DNA of 64,000 nt from Oikopleura dioica. Its lineage: Eukaryota; Animalia; Chordata. Shown here one piece after another: positions 61,301-64,000 of the stretch. The notes beneath the pieces were generated by a model. It worked only from the letters and a program-made list of their open reading frames with translations. It ran no database searches and was not told the DNA's origin. Every line of letters begins with the position of its first letter. Position 1 is the first letter of the stretch. Position numbers and translations under genes: made by a program. The stretch lies in NCBI GenBank assembly GCA_907165135.1, contig OU015569.1:4402001-4466000 (forward strand), read 5' to 3'.

Positions 61301-63963
61301 GCGCCTTAACTGACGCAAGTGCCTTAAAAGACGCAATGCCTTAAAAGACGCAAATGGCAAAAACGCCTTAACTGACGCGCACCCTCTTTTTGCATTTTAA
61401 CGGGACAGATAGATAAAGATCGGAATCCCTTAATCTCTTGATGACGCTTATTCAATAACAGCGGACAATATTTAAAGAACCCTAGTTCTCCCAGAGAAAA
61501 TAAGAAAAAAACATATCAAACTCGAAAAGGCACGGAGTACTTTTTCATCTTTGGACTAAACGAACTAACGTGTGATGGGATCAAAGCCGAGCTTGGAGAA
61601 AAAAAACGTCGAAACGAAAACGTAGTGGGGGTTTTGCGCGATTGGGCAGATACCAATTGCTCAAGAGAGGGATTTGGTAAGCTTGAAGCCTCTGTTAGGA
61701 CCAGGGCTTTAACAATTTTTTATTTTTCTATTTTGCTTAAAATTCATCTTTTTTAAATACAGTTAACCAAAAGACATTTTCACACACGCTATCGATAATA
61801 AGCTAGAAAGCCTTAGAAAGGAATCTGTCGAAGCGCGGTTTTAAGGAAGACTACGACAAACTATGGAACAAGTCCTTCTTGCGCGGTATGCCTAAAAACT
61901 ACCTGGAGCAGTCGGTCTCCATAAAGCGCACGGATCTAGCAGAGTTACTGGAACGGATAAACTTCATAAATTTCACCGCGTTATTCCTCCTTCAACGTGG
62001 TTAGCCGGAGACCCGCAAATACTCCTTCTTTTGGTGATTTGGAAACCGCCTAGTAGCCAACTAGCTCAGTTCTGAACTTGCTTTTTTAACGATCTCATGC
62101 AAATAATATATGTAATTCTTATTATGATTTATCCGAAACAGACGAAAGCCGCTCACTTTTCGATTGACAACTATCAACAACTGCAAAGTCAATGCCACGG
62201 CGGCAACTTGCGCTGGGACTATCATAACGCTTTCTTTTTCGCTGGATCGTTAGCATCTACCATTGGATACGGAAACGTTTATCCTGAAACATTTGGGTAA
62301 GTATTGACACCTTGGCGTGTAATTACTCGATATTCTTTGGCAAAACTCTCGATGAAAATAATAATCCGTTTTCAGTGGCAAAGTATTCTGCATATTCTTC
62401 ATCGCTTTCGGAATTCCCTACTTTGGATACATGATGAGCGTGATATCTGAGCTGATCCATTTGAATCTACGACGGGTGGGCACCCTTCGAATTCGTCATC
62501 GCAGCCTCGTCCCAAGCTCCTCCAATTTTGATAAATCGAAATACACGATGGAGTTCTCGACTGCTTCGTATGTTATTATAGGTAAGTTTTGCAAACCGTT
62601 AGAACTTTTAACATTAATTTTGCATTACCAGGCTCTGCAGCTCTCGTTTTCCTGCCTTCTTATGGTCTCACATTAATAGAAGGATGGAGTTACTTTGACA
62701 GCATGTACTACAGTCTCATTACGCTCACTACCGTCGGTATCGGAGACTTCGTGCCTTCTATCCTGCCTCCTAACAAATTTGGTATGTAAGACTATCAGGT
62801 ATATTTGCTGAAGCTCAGTAGAAATATTAGATAAGAAATGAAAGAAGAATGTTCAAGTTGAACTCCTAGATTCTAGTCAACAGTAATTAAATAATTTGAG
62901 ATCTAGCTGATTTTGCATTAAATCTCTTGCTGGGGTACGTTTTGAGATGCAACTGGAGTTTGTTTTGAGTTTTCAACGATTACGTCAAGAATCTGTTTTG
63001 GTGTTAAATATTAGGCGTAATTTGGCGATCGCGTTTTTATTGAACTTTTGCCGAGATTTCACTTAAATGCGCAAATCACGTTTTAGGCAATAATCGAAAC
63101 TGGATAAAATTGAATTACTTTGGATTTTTAAGCAACGTACGTACGCAATGATACAAAATGCTTCGAGGCTTTGGTTGACCCCATCGATAGCTCTAGCAAA
63201 TCTATCGATACAGGGATGCCGATTGCTTGTAATCAGGTACGCTAAACCGCATTTATGATCATTATTGAAACTTAATGAATTCAAGACGGAGTGGACCGAA
63301 GCAGTTCAGTTAAGTTATAGTTGGTATCGCGTACTGGTCTTTATTTGGATTCTAATTGGGCTTGCTTGGCTTGGCGGAATTATTCAAATGATTAGGAATG
63401 GATTTCCAAATTAAGATGTTAATTAATCATTTCGAAGCTTATCCTGGATAAGTCGCGGCAGCTTTCTGGAATCCACCAAAAGCGATAATTTCAGATTCAA
63501 AGCAAGTAACCCTGAAGTTGTTCTGAAACGGTTCTAAAACCAGTTTTATGCTTATTTCTTCTTATATCAACAGTTAAAATTAAGATTCTTGAACCTAATC
63601 AAAAGATATCAGAGTACAAAGACTTCAGCAAAACCGTTCTATCGCCAGACATTTGATTAAACAAACCAAGTCAGAAACCGACCCAAATGATAACTGTAAA
63701 CTTATTACTGTAAATTATTTAACGGAAAAGAGAGAACTTGATATTCAATTTGATTTTTCGTTTGTTAGCTTTTTGAAAATTGGATTTCCCGTTTCTCGAC
63801 GACCGGATTTTCATGAAAAAGAAATGTTACAAGTTGGATACCGCCAATTGCCGGATCTGTGGAAGTTGTTTTTGCGCATTTTGGTGACCGTACGTCCGGT
63901 CTGCTATTGAGAAGAAATTATGCTTTGTGGGAAATTTTCCTGGAACTAGAAGGCTGTTCTTGA
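58311..63963 (+). CDS. Two-pore-domain potassium channel (K2P/KCNK family); 3' end uncertain
   Basis: MSCGRDNCT|ASNKFGIFLVVLYIVYLSIGAAVFQ|ALE (M1); P1 WDYHNAFFFAGSLASTIGYGNVYP; M2 GKVFCIFFIAFGIP; P2 WSYFDSMYYSLITLTTVGIGDFVP; M4 WYRVLVFIWILIGLAWLG. Confidence 0.88.
59021..60406 (-). CDS. Carbohydrate sulfotransferase (CHST8-14/HNK-1 ST, Sulfotransfer_2 family), nested in a K2P intron
   Basis: Type II anchor IRNALLFIGVLT; 5'-PSB MCLPPKSGTSNW; 3'-PB VNTRDPFTRARS; HWRSQDGNCHF|CAIDF; C-terminal IPLDLLKKVYRRFFFDFVAGGY. Confidence 0.88.
60823..61384. mobile_element. Non-autonomous Mutator-like (MULE) element
   Basis: 128-bp TIRs with one mismatch, starting GGGTG; exact 9-bp TSD TCTTTTTGC at 60814-60822 and 61385-61393; four TGCGTC(AG/TT)TTAAGGC-like subrepeats within each TIR. 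Confidence 0.92.
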
Positions 63964-64000
63964 AGAAGGATTGACTCAGTTAAATTTTAAAAGTCCTATT

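Noticed and set aside
1-64000. rRNA, tRNA, CRISPR arrays or prokaryotic systems
   Set aside because: None recognisable; the window is intron-rich eukaryotic DNA.

Overview
Eukaryotic, very gene-dense DNA with tiny introns (many about 40-100 nt), several GA-AG/GG-AG/GC-AG introns, a connexin gene, TTAGGG repeats and an operon-like gene run. Together these point to a larvacean tunicate, most likely Oikopleura dioica (inference). Left half: a cluster of short secreted basic peptides, a coiled-coil protein, TMEM181, a connexin with an expanded extracellular loop 2, a 4-Ig membrane protein, an SDR, an SLC10 transporter, a CEP192-like gene and a minus-strand run of WDR34/DYNC2I2, DNAJA3, a Ras-family GTPase and a zinc-finger gene. 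Right half: two very large secreted mosaic ECM genes in tandem. The first is FN3 - VWA - 28 six-Cys Sushi domains - VWA - 9-triplet collagen stub with a FACIT-like tail. The second is TSP1x2 - four VWA/EGF blocks interleaved with three Ly6/uPAR-like domains and CCPs - C-type lectin - a C-terminal module resembling the invertebrate CBM2 cellulose-binding domain. Two antisense genes nest in its introns, one an acidic Tyr-rich secreted peptide. They are followed by a K2P channel hosting a nested carbohydrate sulfotransferase. Five non-autonomous DNA transposons are defined by TIRs, four with clear TSDs. The most interesting hypothesis is an undescribed cellulose-anchored extracellular-matrix (house/tunic) locus. 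Exon structures were assembled by eye and no database search was run; several gene ends are approximate.
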